Assembly: GCA_964016885.1 (NCBI GenBank)
Contig: OZ024746.1
Span: 36,332,001-36,396,000 of the forward strand
Length of the DNA stretch: 64,000 bases
Source of the DNA: Eledone cirrhosa
Lineage: Eukaryota
Direction: 5' to 3'
This document shows positions 11,137 to 24,159 of this stretch, one piece after another. The notes beneath the pieces were generated by a model. That model was not told where the DNA came from. It did not search any database and saw nothing but the letters and a program-made list of their open reading frames with translations. How positions within the stretch are numbered: position 1 is the stretch's first letter; each line of letters opens with the position of its first letter. Made by a program: the position numbers and the translations under genes.

Positions 11137-11879
11137 GGTGTGTGTGCACAGGCGTGTGTGTGTCTGTATGCACGCGCGTGTGTGAGTGTGTTTGTGTTTG
11201 CTTATGCATGTGCATATAATTTAGCACACATTAGGAACATGATATGGTCAGGTATATGGAAATGCTTCACATATAATCGTCAGAAATCGCGGAGAAACAT
11301 ATTCCGAAGGGGGATCTGCTAATAAATACGAAATTACTTTTTTTATTTAGGCAATTATTGTGTTGTTCAGCTGAAGCACGTTATAGATATATGAAAGTTG
11401 CTAATCTAATTATAGAAACGATTTTCCCATTTACAATCATCTATAAACAAAGCTATGGGGTGTATACAGAATAAAGTAGTGATCAGAAAAGAAGGAGTAA
11501 TAAATAAATTCTAAGCATAATGAATATGAAATATCAACCACGAGACCAAAAGTGAAAATTTGACACCCAGCAAAAAAAAAACAAAAAAAAAACAGCCAAT
11601 GAAAATTAAGTATAAAATTAAATGATACCTAGTCTTCTCGCTAAGCATAAAAAAAAGAACAAAAGCAGTTGAACATATATTTTGTTATAGCCATTTGCTG
11701 TGGCAATTATATCTCAAATGTGTTTTTTCAATCGATTCCCATAGATATATGAATGCCCTGATAATGTTTAGAAGATCATGTACAAAAAAGTTTGATTTGC
11801 TCTGAAGGCAATATTATTTCAATAATATACTCACATGAGGTAATATTTATGATCACATTTATAAATAAATACACTACCC

Positions 11880-11939
<60 letters not shown>

Positions 11940-13799
11940 GTGTTAGTGGGTGTGTGTATGTGTGTGTGTGTGTGCTTGTATGCAAATGTACATGTGGGTG
12001 CGTCTGTATTTGAGCATAGACTATAAGTAGCCGATATAGCATAAATATACATTTATACATATATACGTATTTCAAATGTAAGCTAAAACGAAGGTGAGAA
12101 AATTAAACCGATTTTCAATTCTAGACGGGCTTCCATTAAAAGCTAAGTTTATTATTCGGTCAAGAACTACATACTTGAGGCTCTACTATATTATATCACA
12201 GATAGTTTCATTTTGAATTGAGCATTCTAATTCACTTATTATTAGGAACCTGAATACACATCCTCCATCACTGATGGATTAAATGTAGTTATATTCTCAA
12301 CGGGAAACGTCAATGTACCTGTTGGTAGTGACTATATAACATTGAAAGGAGTCATTTGAATGAACAGTTATCCTGATGTAATTTTTAATGTAGAGGCGTT
12401 ATTAGAATTCTGTTGCCTCTTTATTAAGAACACACTCTTCCAGCACAAATACGTCCATAAATACACTAGATATATCGGAAATAGTAGACACAAATGAATT
12501 TTTCTTGTCTATTATTTGTTCGATTCTGTATTGGTTGTACTTCTTAAGTGAGAGACTAACCTGTTAACTAGTCAGCATCTAGTTATCTACAGTATGAGAC
12601 TCTATACATCTCGAAAGAAAAATAAAAGGATGAAGGTCTAGCTCGTCCTACATCATAAATTTGGAAGTGCTTGCAGTTAAGGAAACCAGGAACATGTATG
12701 CTGATAATAAAGCATCCACATTTGTGGAGCTATCTCAGCAAACTGAGGACGTTAAAACTGGACGTAAACTGTTAAACTCATCATTTCATTTGTTGTTTAG
12801 GAAATATTGCGGGCGAACGCGGTTTAGTGTGGTGCCGAGAGATTTCAGGACGCCTTCGTGCATTGGAGTGATCTAAGATGCCATCTAAGCAAAGAAGAAG
12901 GCTTACACAAGTTGACTTGTAAATAAGCCCTCCTTCTTGCAATTTCGGTACAATCAATTGCGAAAAGTAGCAGCGAAATGAAATAAGGCGTCCAAATATA
13001 AGACCGTTGAGGTTAAACTGGAATTCGATTTCAGATGAGCGAATAATATGATCTGGCAGACCCTCGGTCGACCTCGTAATTCGAACTCTTTCTCTTCCGC
13101 CTGCTAACAAAAATGGGTTTGAAGATCTCTCGTCAGAGGGGTGTATGCTTGCGAGATGGAGAGAATACTTTCCTTTACATTTTCTTTAATATTGTAGCAT
13201 TGAAGGAATATACCTTTCATTGTATCATTCTTTGTAGTGTTACCGAGGCATTTGTAATGTTATTTATGTATATATTTAAAATATATTTATTATGTTATTC
13301 TACTGTAAATTTATTTATATGCTCTTGTTTATATTTTCATTCTCACTACTCTCAACAATCTATAAAATTACATACATATTGCAACTCTCTCTATATATAT
13401 ATATCACACACACACATATACATATACATCTAAAGAGAGAAGGGGAGATGTAGAAAGAGAGATTGAGATAGGTCGTTATACAGAGAGAGGTACAAGATAA
13501 TCAGATAGAGAGACAGAGAGAATGGCGACGAATGCTGGTTCACACACACACACACACACAGACACATACATATATAAAGAGAGAGAAAGAGAGAGAGAGA
13601 TAGTGGGATAGAGATATATAGATAGAGAAAGAGAGAGAGAGAGAGATAGAGAGACAGAGAGAGAGATAGAGATCTGCGCGTTCTTTATTGTTCTCCATTC
13701 TGTACAGGAAGAGAGAGAGGGGGTATGAGTGTGAGAGAGAGAGACACACAGTGAGAGAGAGGGTATGAGAAAAAGGGAGAGGGGTTGAGAAAGAAAGAA

Positions 13800-14050
13800 A
13801 GTTTAAGCAAAGAATCGCTGCTTTCAACATTAATGGGATCTTCTGAAACTAAAGAATTTAATCTGTTAACGTAGAATTAAATATTTCGAGAAACGTTGCA
13901 ACCGAAGGAAAACAGGAAGACGATATTTTGGTTCGTGAAGACGTTCCCTGGTAATGACGGAAAAAAAGCGAGGACAAAACGTTGTTATGTGGACCGAGAA
14001 GAACAATTTCCTTCAAAGACAAGACCAAGTGTATGGTGTAAATGGAGTCG
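13800..14050 (-). repeat. Family E copy with CAGAAGA hammerhead-like 3' end
   Basis: Reverse complement of 4925-5170. GGGATCTTCTGAAACT at about 13835-13850. Confidence 0.8.
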
Positions 14051-14138
14051 TTAAAAGAACCGAATGATTTCCAGCTCCGGAGTTTAAGAATGATGTAAAG
14101 AAAATTATTAACGAAAAGACAGAGGTTATTAAAATAGG

Positions 14139-14249
14139 TGTTTCTACTTTTGGTGCAAGGCCAGCAATTAACTAGTACATTACTGGTACTTTATTTTATC
14201 GACCCCATAAGGATGAAACGCAAAGTTAACCTCGACGGTATTTTAAATT
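14139..14249 (-). mobile_element. tRNA-derived SINE, 3' half
   Basis: CTGGTACTTTATTTTATCGACCCCATAAGGATGAAA. Confidence 0.85.
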
Positions 14250-14399
14250 TGCCTTAAACAAGTAAAAGTAAATAGTGAAGATTTAGGCCAGTACATGCGT
14301 ATGCGGCGACGGACATACATATACAGATACATAAGCACACACAAATACACACGCACATGCACCCACGCGCGTGTGTAAACCTCATGTATTTCTACAGTA

Positions 14400-14805
14400 T
14401 TTTCACCAAACTTAAGACATAGGTTACTTATGTACTCCGGATGGTCATGAGCATTTTCATTTTTCCAGATATTGATTATAGGGCCTCCAGGCAGATAACG
14501 CCCTTTAACGAATTCCTTGGAGTCGATTGAAGCACTGCAGTGCAATGCAACAACACCCCATAACTTCTGGAGTTCACAACCGATTTTCACAAAACTTGAC
14601 GCATGGGCTACGTTTGTTCTACAGATAAATCTGAACTCTCATAATTGGCACGTATTGAGTAGGGGACTCCTGGTGGCAGGATCCCCCTTTGGAAAAAGCC
14701 GATGATTTCGTAAAAGTATAGTTTTCGAAGCACCACTGAAGTATTGACATAAATGGTATACATAACAGCTATTTAATACCCGAGCAACGCCGGGTACCTC
14801 AGCTA

Positions 14806-14806
<1 letters not shown>
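14400..14806 (+). mobile_element. Non-autonomous Helitron-like element (3' end; 5' boundary uncertain)
   Basis: Terminal hairpin TACCCGAGCAACGCCGGGTA followed by CTAG|T at 14803-14807. Internal AACCGATTTTCACAAAACTT motif. Confidence 0.6.
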
Positions 14807-14871
<65 letters not shown>

Positions 14872-14873
<2 letters not shown>

Positions 14874-14969
14874 CGAAGGAAATGTGGTAAGGAACCAGGT
14901 GGACCGTTTTTTTAGTCCAGAATTAGCCGTCGAAACGGCTTGAGCTCAGCTGTCGGGGTCTTACTGGTT

Positions 14970-14972
<3 letters not shown>
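14872..14972. mobile_element. Miniature inverted derivative of family C pLTR in (TA)n
   Basis: Left part is the reverse complement of 7760-7795. Right part matches the 3' half of the family C hammerhead region (7655-7715). Confidence 0.75.
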
Positions 14973-15017
<45 letters not shown>

Positions 15018-15033
15018 AGCGGACAGTACCAGT

Positions 15034-15296
15034 CGCAGAAACCCAAATACTAGATTTTACCAACCTTTCAGGTGTCCGGGTAAATTTTCAATCACAGATT
15101 TTTTATTGTTTGACCCGAATTACTTGGTTGTTTCTTTGGCTATGCGGATGTTTTGTTTAACCATCATCTCAGTGTGTTTGGCCTTTAACGTATGTTGTAG
15201 CTCTGATTGATCTGAATCATCGAACGCTTGCCACACATCTCGGAAGTTGTTTTTCGTTAATTCCTAAGCTGAAATACGATTCTCGCTAAATTATTA
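15034..15296 (+). repeat. Diverged partial copy of family A
   Basis: Aligns to 604-890 and retains GCAGAAACCC and GTCCGGGT. Confidence 0.7.
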
Positions 15297-15375
15297 ATAT
15301 ATATATATATATAGTGGAATCCTGGTGGGTCATATTCATAGTAGTAGTGCTCTCAGTCCATGGGACGTATTTGTT

Positions 15376-15494
15376 AGAAGTAGTTCCCCACAACAGTTAG
15401 TTCACCATATCGAGAACAAATGTTTCACCTTATTCGGATTGAGCATCCGAATAAGGGGAAACATTTGTTCTCGTGAACTAACTATTGTGCAACT

Positions 15495-15500
<6 letters not shown>
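15376..15500. repeat. ~125-bp hairpin/palindrome
   Basis: CGAGAACAAATGTTTCACCTTATTCGGAT-TGAGC-ATCCGAATAAGGGGAAACATTTGTTCTCG plus outer arms. Confidence 0.9.
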
Positions 15501-15550
<50 letters not shown>

Positions 15551-15559
15551 CTCTCTCTA

Positions 15560-15716
<157 letters not shown>

Positions 15717-16388
15717 ATAAGGAAGCATTGCCCCAAGAAATATAAAACGTCGGTGTGTAGAGATTATGAATTTATTTGGTTTGACACATGTTTCTGTATC
15801 TAATATAAATTGTCTACATATGCTGAATAAGATGCAATACTTAATTATTTACTACAGAGAAATGAAATTTTCGTTTAAGAATATGTAAATAAGTTAAAAA
15901 TACCATAAATTACCAGTGTGATAGAAGCGGTGAGAGGATGTTGGAGTAAAGAGATTCACACTACCAATCTGTGTTCTCTGATGTGGAACAATTATTCTGT
16001 GATCATTGTTATAGGTGAAGGTTTTGATGTTTACCATATATGAGGGTAGACAATGTATAACGAGAGGGACAGGGAAATATATGGTAGAGGTTACGAGAAG
16101 GCGAGTGGGGGTTAGGAGAAATGGAATTTAAAAAATTAGATTGTTTTGCGTATACTGAATCCATTGGGGGTGAAATGTTAAAATTCCACAACGATGGTAT
16201 CAAATAGGATTTACTAAAACCAAGGTATTAGGGAGCGAATCTAGTTCTATTTCAGTTTGTCATCGACGATTTTAGAAGCTTGTGTTTGCAATAAAGAATC
16301 CTCTCCTGCCAGGAATTTAGAAGGGGCTTTCCGATCACTATTTCAATTTCTCTCTCTCTACACACACACATACACGCACACACATATT

Positions 16389-16483
<95 letters not shown>

Positions 16484-16505
16484 ATATATAGTGTATATAT
16501 GTATA

Positions 16506-16601
<96 letters not shown>

Positions 16602-16974
16602 TGTATATATATATATATATTGTTATACTTGGGGTGGGTCATATTGTTGTAATAATATTGCCAGAATTAATAACAGAACACTCACTGTTCGGTTGGTTTA
16701 CGCTTCTGTATCTTTTATATCAGTTAATTTATTCGGTCGACAATGTTTACCATTGACTGACCAACGGTCAAAAATACAGATATAATATAGACACAAACAC
16801 ATATATATAGTCTAACAAAGTTCTTTCGTTGCACATCTGCAACATCGTCAGTGGTGCTATTATGTTTCCCCCTATTTTACTGTATGCCTACGCCATCTTT
16901 ATTTAATATGTTTATTTATTTATTTTTGTCTCCTTCTCTGTGCATGCTTGTGCGTGTGTGTATAGTGTTTGATG

Positions 16975-17043
<69 letters not shown>

Positions 17044-17109
17044 AAGATTTTAGTCTTCAATTTTAGTCTTCAATTTTATTATTATTACTATATATATATA
17101 TATATATAT

Positions 17110-18640
17110 GATGAGTGCTGCTTAAAATCACCCTACAGACGTCCCTATAGCGAGTCAATTTCCTGGACGGTACCCTCAACCTGGAAAATGATATGTACTA
17201 ACCATAGCCGAAACAAACGGCAACATAGACTACATCCACCGCCGCTATAACCATCCTAGAAGCATCACCAATAACCTGCTTTAAAAGATTTCCGTTTGTC
17301 CGCTAATGAACATATGTTCGATGAACCCGCGCCTTATTACAATCAGGCCCTCAGCCAAGCGGCTTTCGGGGAGGAAATCTACTTTTATCCAGCCTCCCCT
17401 AGCGGAAGCAGCAGATGACGCCACCACTCACGCCACGTCACGTGGTTCAACCCTCCCCACAATGCCGAGATTGCAACACCAATCGGGAAAATCTTCTTTA
17501 GAATCCTCGAAAAAAATTCCCACTACAACATCGCTACCACAATATAATCAACAAAAACACTATCAAACTCTCTTACAGCACCACACCCGACTTCGTACAA
17601 AACATCGCCTCCTCAAACAACAAGAGAGTCATCTCCTTTGGAAGAAACAACCTAGACATTAGTAGGAGAGCCGACCTGGAGGTGTAACTGTCCCGATAGA
17701 TCTGCGTGGCCCATCAACAACAGATGCCGAGAACGTAACGTGATCTACCAATGCGACGTGAGGACAGAAAACTCCAACAAAGCCTATATAGTATTAACCG
17801 CTCGTGACTTTAAGACCCGTCTCTACCAACACCGACATACGTTCTGAAACCCGGCCCGGCGACATGACACTACACTTTCGAGCCACATATGGGTCCTCCA
17901 AGTTAATAACATCACATACCATCTTACTTGGAGCTTACTCTCCAAGGCTAACACCTACAAGGGAAGACGCCGGTCGTGTAACTTATGCCCGGAGGAAACA
18001 ATACAAATGCTGTTTACGACCAACTCCTAAACAAATAAGACGAACTTGTAACCGCATGTAAACACCGATTGCGTAGACATACCTTGCCCTCAAACCCCTC
18101 TTGATCCGGGTGGGTAGACAATGGCTGTAACATCCTTCTTTTCCACACTTGCCGAACAAAATAGGGGAAACCCCGGCATAGATAAGTAGATGTAATTCTT
18201 TTCTTGTTTCCCCTTATCTCCTCTTCCAATTCCGTCCACTCCCTCTCCTCTCCATTTTCCTTCTTCCTATTTTGCTTACCCTGAGACAGCCCATCGGGCT
18301 TTTGTAGCCTCATCACCCCCACCCCCTTAAATTGTATATAGCATTAGCCGAAAACGCAATACCAGCTGACGCAATACCAGCTAAAATTATAGCAGCTGCC
18401 TTCATTGATCTACAGGCATGTTGACTCACCCACCACCAGGAAATATTTAATTATGTTTACAAGAAATTTTGACCAATCCTTTTGACAACAACAATTTTCA
18501 AAATGAATGATTATCGCACGTCCATATATGGAATTACCCCTTGAAAAGTTTGGCTACTTACTACCACTCTAAACATCTAATTTGGTCCAGAAATAGCCGT
18601 CGACACGGCCTGAGATGCGCAGTCGGGGTCTTGAACATTT
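17110..18640 (+). mobile_element. Penelope-like retroelement 3' fragment (RT C-terminus/linker, GIY-YIG endonuclease, pLTR), pseudogenised
   Basis: Translation with stops gives RLS.N..FD...PYYNQAL..SGF, VTWFNPPHN, C.CP...PINNRC..RNVIYQCDV, KAYI.LT..DFKTRLYQH, CNLCPEE, LLN...ELV.ACKHR. The 3' UTR is homologous to 6720-7712. Confidence 0.85.
18536..18629 (+). ncRNA. Family C hammerhead homolog in diverged Penelope copy (U3-A8 core, GAAA>GACA)
   Basis: ACCCC-TTGAAAA-G-TT-TGGCTA...TAGCCG-T-C-GACA-CGGC...GCAG-TC-GGGGT. Confidence 0.6.
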
Positions 18641-18705
18641 ATATATATATATATTATTTAGTCTTCACATTTATATATATTATTTAATCTTCACATATAT
18701 TATAT

Positions 18706-18744
<39 letters not shown>

Positions 18745-18777
18745 TATATATACACCAATATATATGTATATATATAT

Positions 18778-18836
<59 letters not shown>

Positions 18837-18840
18837 AATA

Positions 18841-18905
<65 letters not shown>

Positions 18906-20633
18906 TCATATATATTGGTGTGTATATGGATATGTATATTTGATAGGAGTGCTTAAACAAAATATATGTCTTTAGATTTTAAATCAAAAGTATGGTGCAA
19001 ATAACTACTATTGTTTAAACATTATGTTGAGTTTCACACCAGACTGCTTCACTTAACATTGATACGATCTTCATAGGGCATCATTGGACTGAAGTGTAAT
19101 ATATGTGTGAGGAAATGTTTTGAAGAAAATGTTTTTATAACACACACTCAAATGAACCAATCGACAGTAAAACTGTTGACAGAGATTCATTAGAAAATCT
19201 ACGCAATAACAATCGTATGAAACATGCAAACACCTCATCACCTTTCAGTAGAAATATAAATGTAGCATGGAACTGATGCAACACGGTCGTTAAATAATAA
19301 TAATAAAACAAGAAGAAACATATATTTAGATAGAATAATATGTAAAAACAATGTAATTGAATAAACAAAAATTAAATTATTTTAGCTAAAATGTAGAATG
19401 GTATTCCCAATTCAGAAGTTCGTAACATTCGTGATATTAGAAAGAAGCTTCATTTAACACGTACTGTCACGTAAATATAAATCTCACATTTATAATTTTG
19501 TTTCAATATAACATGTTTTTCTTCTCGTTAAAATGTACTTTTTTTTTAGATGAGTTAGTGGGTGCGTGCGATTATGGAGATATTTCAATATGTAAAACAG
19601 AAAGTTACTTTCATACACGGTGTACATTCAAAAGTATCTAGAATGTAGAAAGTAACAGAAATAGATATTCACCCCTGTTACATAACAGACATAATTTAAA
19701 TATCTGATGTTTTCTTATTTTATCGTTACTTACACTTGGAGCAATTATGATCCAGATAGTTATAAGCACATTGATATAAGACATCGAAAATTCATTAAGC
19801 AACATATTTTTGATGGCGTGGATTGTAATTTGATTGCGATTTTAATGCTATTTATGAGAGACCAAGCAATTGTATGTAGGTCTAAATACATGTAATATTT
19901 GAGAGTTCAGGAATCTAGGATCATACAAGTTCTTATATATGCATACGGTCATATATATAATCATAATATTAATTAGAGTAAGTTTTACTCATTTGCTAGA
20001 TATTCTTTCGTTCAATGCAGATCTCTTACATAGTTACAGTTTTATTTACAAACGAAATAATTTAAGGATTTAAGGTATTTAATAGGTGATAATTGTTTCT
20101 ACTCATGTTATGCTGCATTTAGAAAATCATTTTATTTAATGATTTACCATTCATGAGTATAGACCTTGGGTGTCAATTATTAATGCTGACCGACAACAAA
20201 TGGAACGCAGACATATTTATATGTTACGGTAAGAACATCTACCATTTTGAAAACTGCGAATATTGAACATATGCTGACTGACGACATATCGTACGCTACA
20301 AAATTGTAATATTGTATTGATTTTAAAACTAGTGATATCACCACCACCACCACCACCAACATGTCGAATATTTTAGACATCTAAATATGTCTTCAAACTT
20401 TCGCAATAAAGGATATCAAGACAACGTATGATTGTTTTTTGACGGAGATACTAATAACGAAAAAAAAAGCAAGTATTATTGGCATGTTCATTGGAATTCT
20501 ATAAAGAAATGTAACTGCAAACAACAAATGTTTTGATGTATTGATAAAATGGAATATATGATCTTGTAAGAATTTGTGACAAATGTATTGATATGAATGT
20601 TCATATATTGACGTGTATATCTATAACTTTCTC

Positions 20634-20727
<94 letters not shown>

Positions 20728-20822
20728 GGTCTCTTCCTCTCTCTGTATATATTTATTTTAAATAAATATATATATATATGCATATATACATATATATATA
20801 TGTATATAAATGTATATACATA

Positions 20823-20917
<95 letters not shown>

Positions 20918-21308
20918 AAAGGTTATCATAAACATAAAATTAAAGATATATATATGTTGCAACTCTTCACTTTTAAGCTCAATGAAGAATTAATAAATTA
21001 AAATCAAAAAATCAGAGCATTATATCATAAATCATGTCTATAGAATCATCAGATATTAAAATATATACTATTTCTTCTTCTAATTAGCATAATTAACCAT
21101 ATACAAAATCAAATCTAGCACGCTTTAAGAATAATTTTCTTATGGGGAAATCTCCGACAAACAATTGATCGTAGCCTCTTCGCGGCAGGCCCGTTCCATT
21201 ATTTATTCAACATTTCGGCAGCATGCAGAATCCGACCGAGTATACCATCAACCGCACACAATTAGTAGTACAATTAAACTTAGAACAAATGCGCACATAC
21301 CGTAATTA

Positions 21309-21387
21309 TATCTCTACCATGGTTTCTTCCTTATTTAGGACATCCAAATAATATGAATTATCCAGAGTTAGGATTCGTCAGGAGATA
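21309..21387 (-). ncRNA. Putative type I hammerhead ribozyme (family D)
   Basis: Minus strand reads TATCTC-CTGACGA-A-TCCT...AGGA-A-GAAA-CCATGG-TA-GAGATA: 6-bp stem I, palindromic stem III ACCATGGT, GUA triplet. Confidence 0.75.
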
Positions 21388-22347
21388 AACTCAAAATCAG
21401 ACATTTAGTTTTTCTAACCGATCGCGCCAAATTTAGATTCAAAAATGGCTAAAATCGCTATGTAGCTGTGTACCAGCCAGAGAGAAAGCGTGTGATTGGT
21501 TGCTTACGGCTGGTAGGCTTGCTGCTAGAAAGCGCAGCCATATATCGCCAAATTTAATCTCAACCAATTGGGAGATTATTAAATATAAAGGTTATCATAT
21601 ACATACAATTAAAGATATATATATGATGCAACTGTTCACTTTTAAGCTCAATGAAGAATTAATAAATTAAAATCAAAAAATCAGAGCATTATATCATAAA
21701 TCATGTCTATAGAATCATCAGATATTAAAATATATACTATTTATTCTTCTAATTAGCATAATTAACCATATACAAAATCAAATCTAGCACGCTTTAAGAA
21801 TAAATTTTCTTATGGGTAAATCTCCGACAAACAATTGATCGTAGCCTCTTCTGCATGCTGCCGAAATGTTGGATAAATAATGGAACGGGGCTGCCGCGAA
21901 GAGGCTACGATCAATTGTTTGTCGGAGATTTACCAATAAGAACATTTATTCTTAAAGCGTGCTAGATTCGATTTTGTATATTGTTAATTATGCTAATTAG
22001 AAGAAGAAATAGTATATATTTTAATATCTGATGATTTATGATATAATGCTCTGAATTTTTTATTTTAATTTATTAATTCTTCACTGAGCTTAAAAGTGAA
22101 CAGTTGCAACATATATATATCTTTAATTTTATGTATATGATAACCTTTATATTTAATAATCTCCCAATTGGTTGAGATTAAATTTGGCGATATATGGCTG
22201 CGCTTCCTAGCAGCAAGCCTACCCGCCGTAAGCAACCAATCACACGCTTTTTCTCTGGCTGGTACACAGCTACATAGCGATTTTAGCCATTTTTGAATCT
22301 AAATTTGGCGCGATCGGTTAGAAAAACTAAATGTCTGATTTTGAGTT

Positions 22348-22426
22348 TATCTCCTGAAGAATCCTAACTCTGGATAATTCATATTATTTGGATGTCCTAA
22401 ATAAGGAAGAAACCATGGTAGATATA
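22348..22426 (+). ncRNA. Putative type I hammerhead ribozyme (family D, inverted copy)
   Basis: TATCTC-CTGAAGA-A-TCCT...AGGA-A-GAAA-CCATGG-TA-GATATA. Variable N7 differs from the other copy; one stem I mismatch. Confidence 0.7.
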
Positions 22427-22708
22427 TAATTACGGTATGTGCTCATTTCTTCTAAGTTTAATTTTACTACTAATTGTGTGTGGTTGATGGTATACTTGGT
22501 CGGATTCTTCATGCTGCCGAAATGTTGGATAAATAATGGAACGGGGCTGCCGCGAAGAGGCTGCGATCAATTGTTTGTCGGAGATTTCCCCATAAGAAAA
22601 ATAATTCTTAAAGCGTGCTAGATTTGATTTTGTATATGGTTAATTATGCTAATTAGAAGAAGAAATAGTATATATTTTAATATCTGATGATTCTATAGAC
22701 ATGATTTA

Positions 22709-22866
<158 letters not shown>

Positions 22867-23951
22867 GCGTGTGTGGGCGTGTGAGTTTGTGTGAATACAA
22901 ATATATACGTGATGTGGTGATCCAGATGCCCAATAGATGCATTTGGGAATTAACATGCATCTCATTTAATTCTCCTGCTTTAAACCTACTAACTTTCAAC
23001 CTGATTTCTTTTTTTTTCAGTTATGATTAAATAAAATTCCTCATGTTGAACAACTCGAATATCTGTTCCATACGATATGGATGTTTGCCTATTTTTTGGA
23101 AACGTTTTCGCTACCATAATCATAATCCTCATTATAGTTATCATCAACATCATTATCATTATATTCATCTTCATCAACACCATCTTGTTATAATCATCAT
23201 TTTCATCATCATCATCATCAAATCATATCCGTCTTCGTCACTGTCTTCGTCATTATCATTATCATACTTTTTTTGTATTTGAAGAAGTCCATGATGCATT
23301 ACCATAATTGAAAAAGCAACGTTAATATTTTGAGGTCGGATCTTTACTTCGCAGAGAATGTCATAATACGGTTCCTCAAATTAAATTGAAAAGAAATATT
23401 TGATTACAGAGGAATGTTATGTTTTAAGATATGTGGGAATGAGGGTGGAAGTGACAAAAATAGTACCTTAACAATTTACAGCGGCTGTTGTAGCAGTAAA
23501 ATTCTCAAAATTGTGTGTGTATTGCTCTATTCCAATTTTGTGCTTCCTGATATTTAAATCGGTTTTTTTCTTGATAACTATTTGTATTTTAAAGTGGTCA
23601 AAGTGCTTCACTCATTGCCCTCAAGAAGGGATACCCAACGATTTGATTTTAACTAGAGGTGACACGACAGACCAGTGAGAAACATCATGTCACGTGACAT
23701 CGCCTAGGACTGGAGTCCAAATTTTGAAAATAACGTTCTGTTCCACTCACAGCACTATCAGTAACACCATTACATGCATAACGAATTTGACTACCGTCGA
23801 CGAAATTATAACACTAGAAATTTCTGATTTTACGAGCGTCCACACCACCACAAAAAAAAAAAGCTAAAATAAAATGAACGCAGCAAAAAATAACAGCACT
23901 AATAGAAATACTACCACTATCTCACTCGTTATCATTATTACAACCAACAAT

Positions 23952-24140
23952 CGGTGGATTGGCAGTATTGGTAGAGTGTCGGATGCCATGCTTTGACGTA
24001 TAGTGTCACGGCCCTTGCCATTCTGAGTTCAAATCCCGCCGAGGTTAACTTTGCCTTTCATCCTTACGGGGTCGATAAAATAAAGTACCAGTAATACACT
24101 GGGTCATTGCTGGCCTTGTGCCTAACGTAGAAACAATTAT
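23952..24140 (+). mobile_element. tRNA-derived Meta-domain SINE with 18-bp TSD
   Basis: Full consensus. ATTATTACAACCAACAAT at 23934-23951 and 24136-24153. Confidence 0.92.
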
Positions 24141-24159
24141 TACAACCAACAATTCCAGC

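Noticed and set aside
12600-13170. Higher-GC segment with 70-109 aa ORFs
   Set aside because: No recognisable domain or termini. May be a decayed TE.
23690-23701. Palindromic E-box GTCACGTGAC
   Set aside because: A single short motif with no linked gene; expected by chance.
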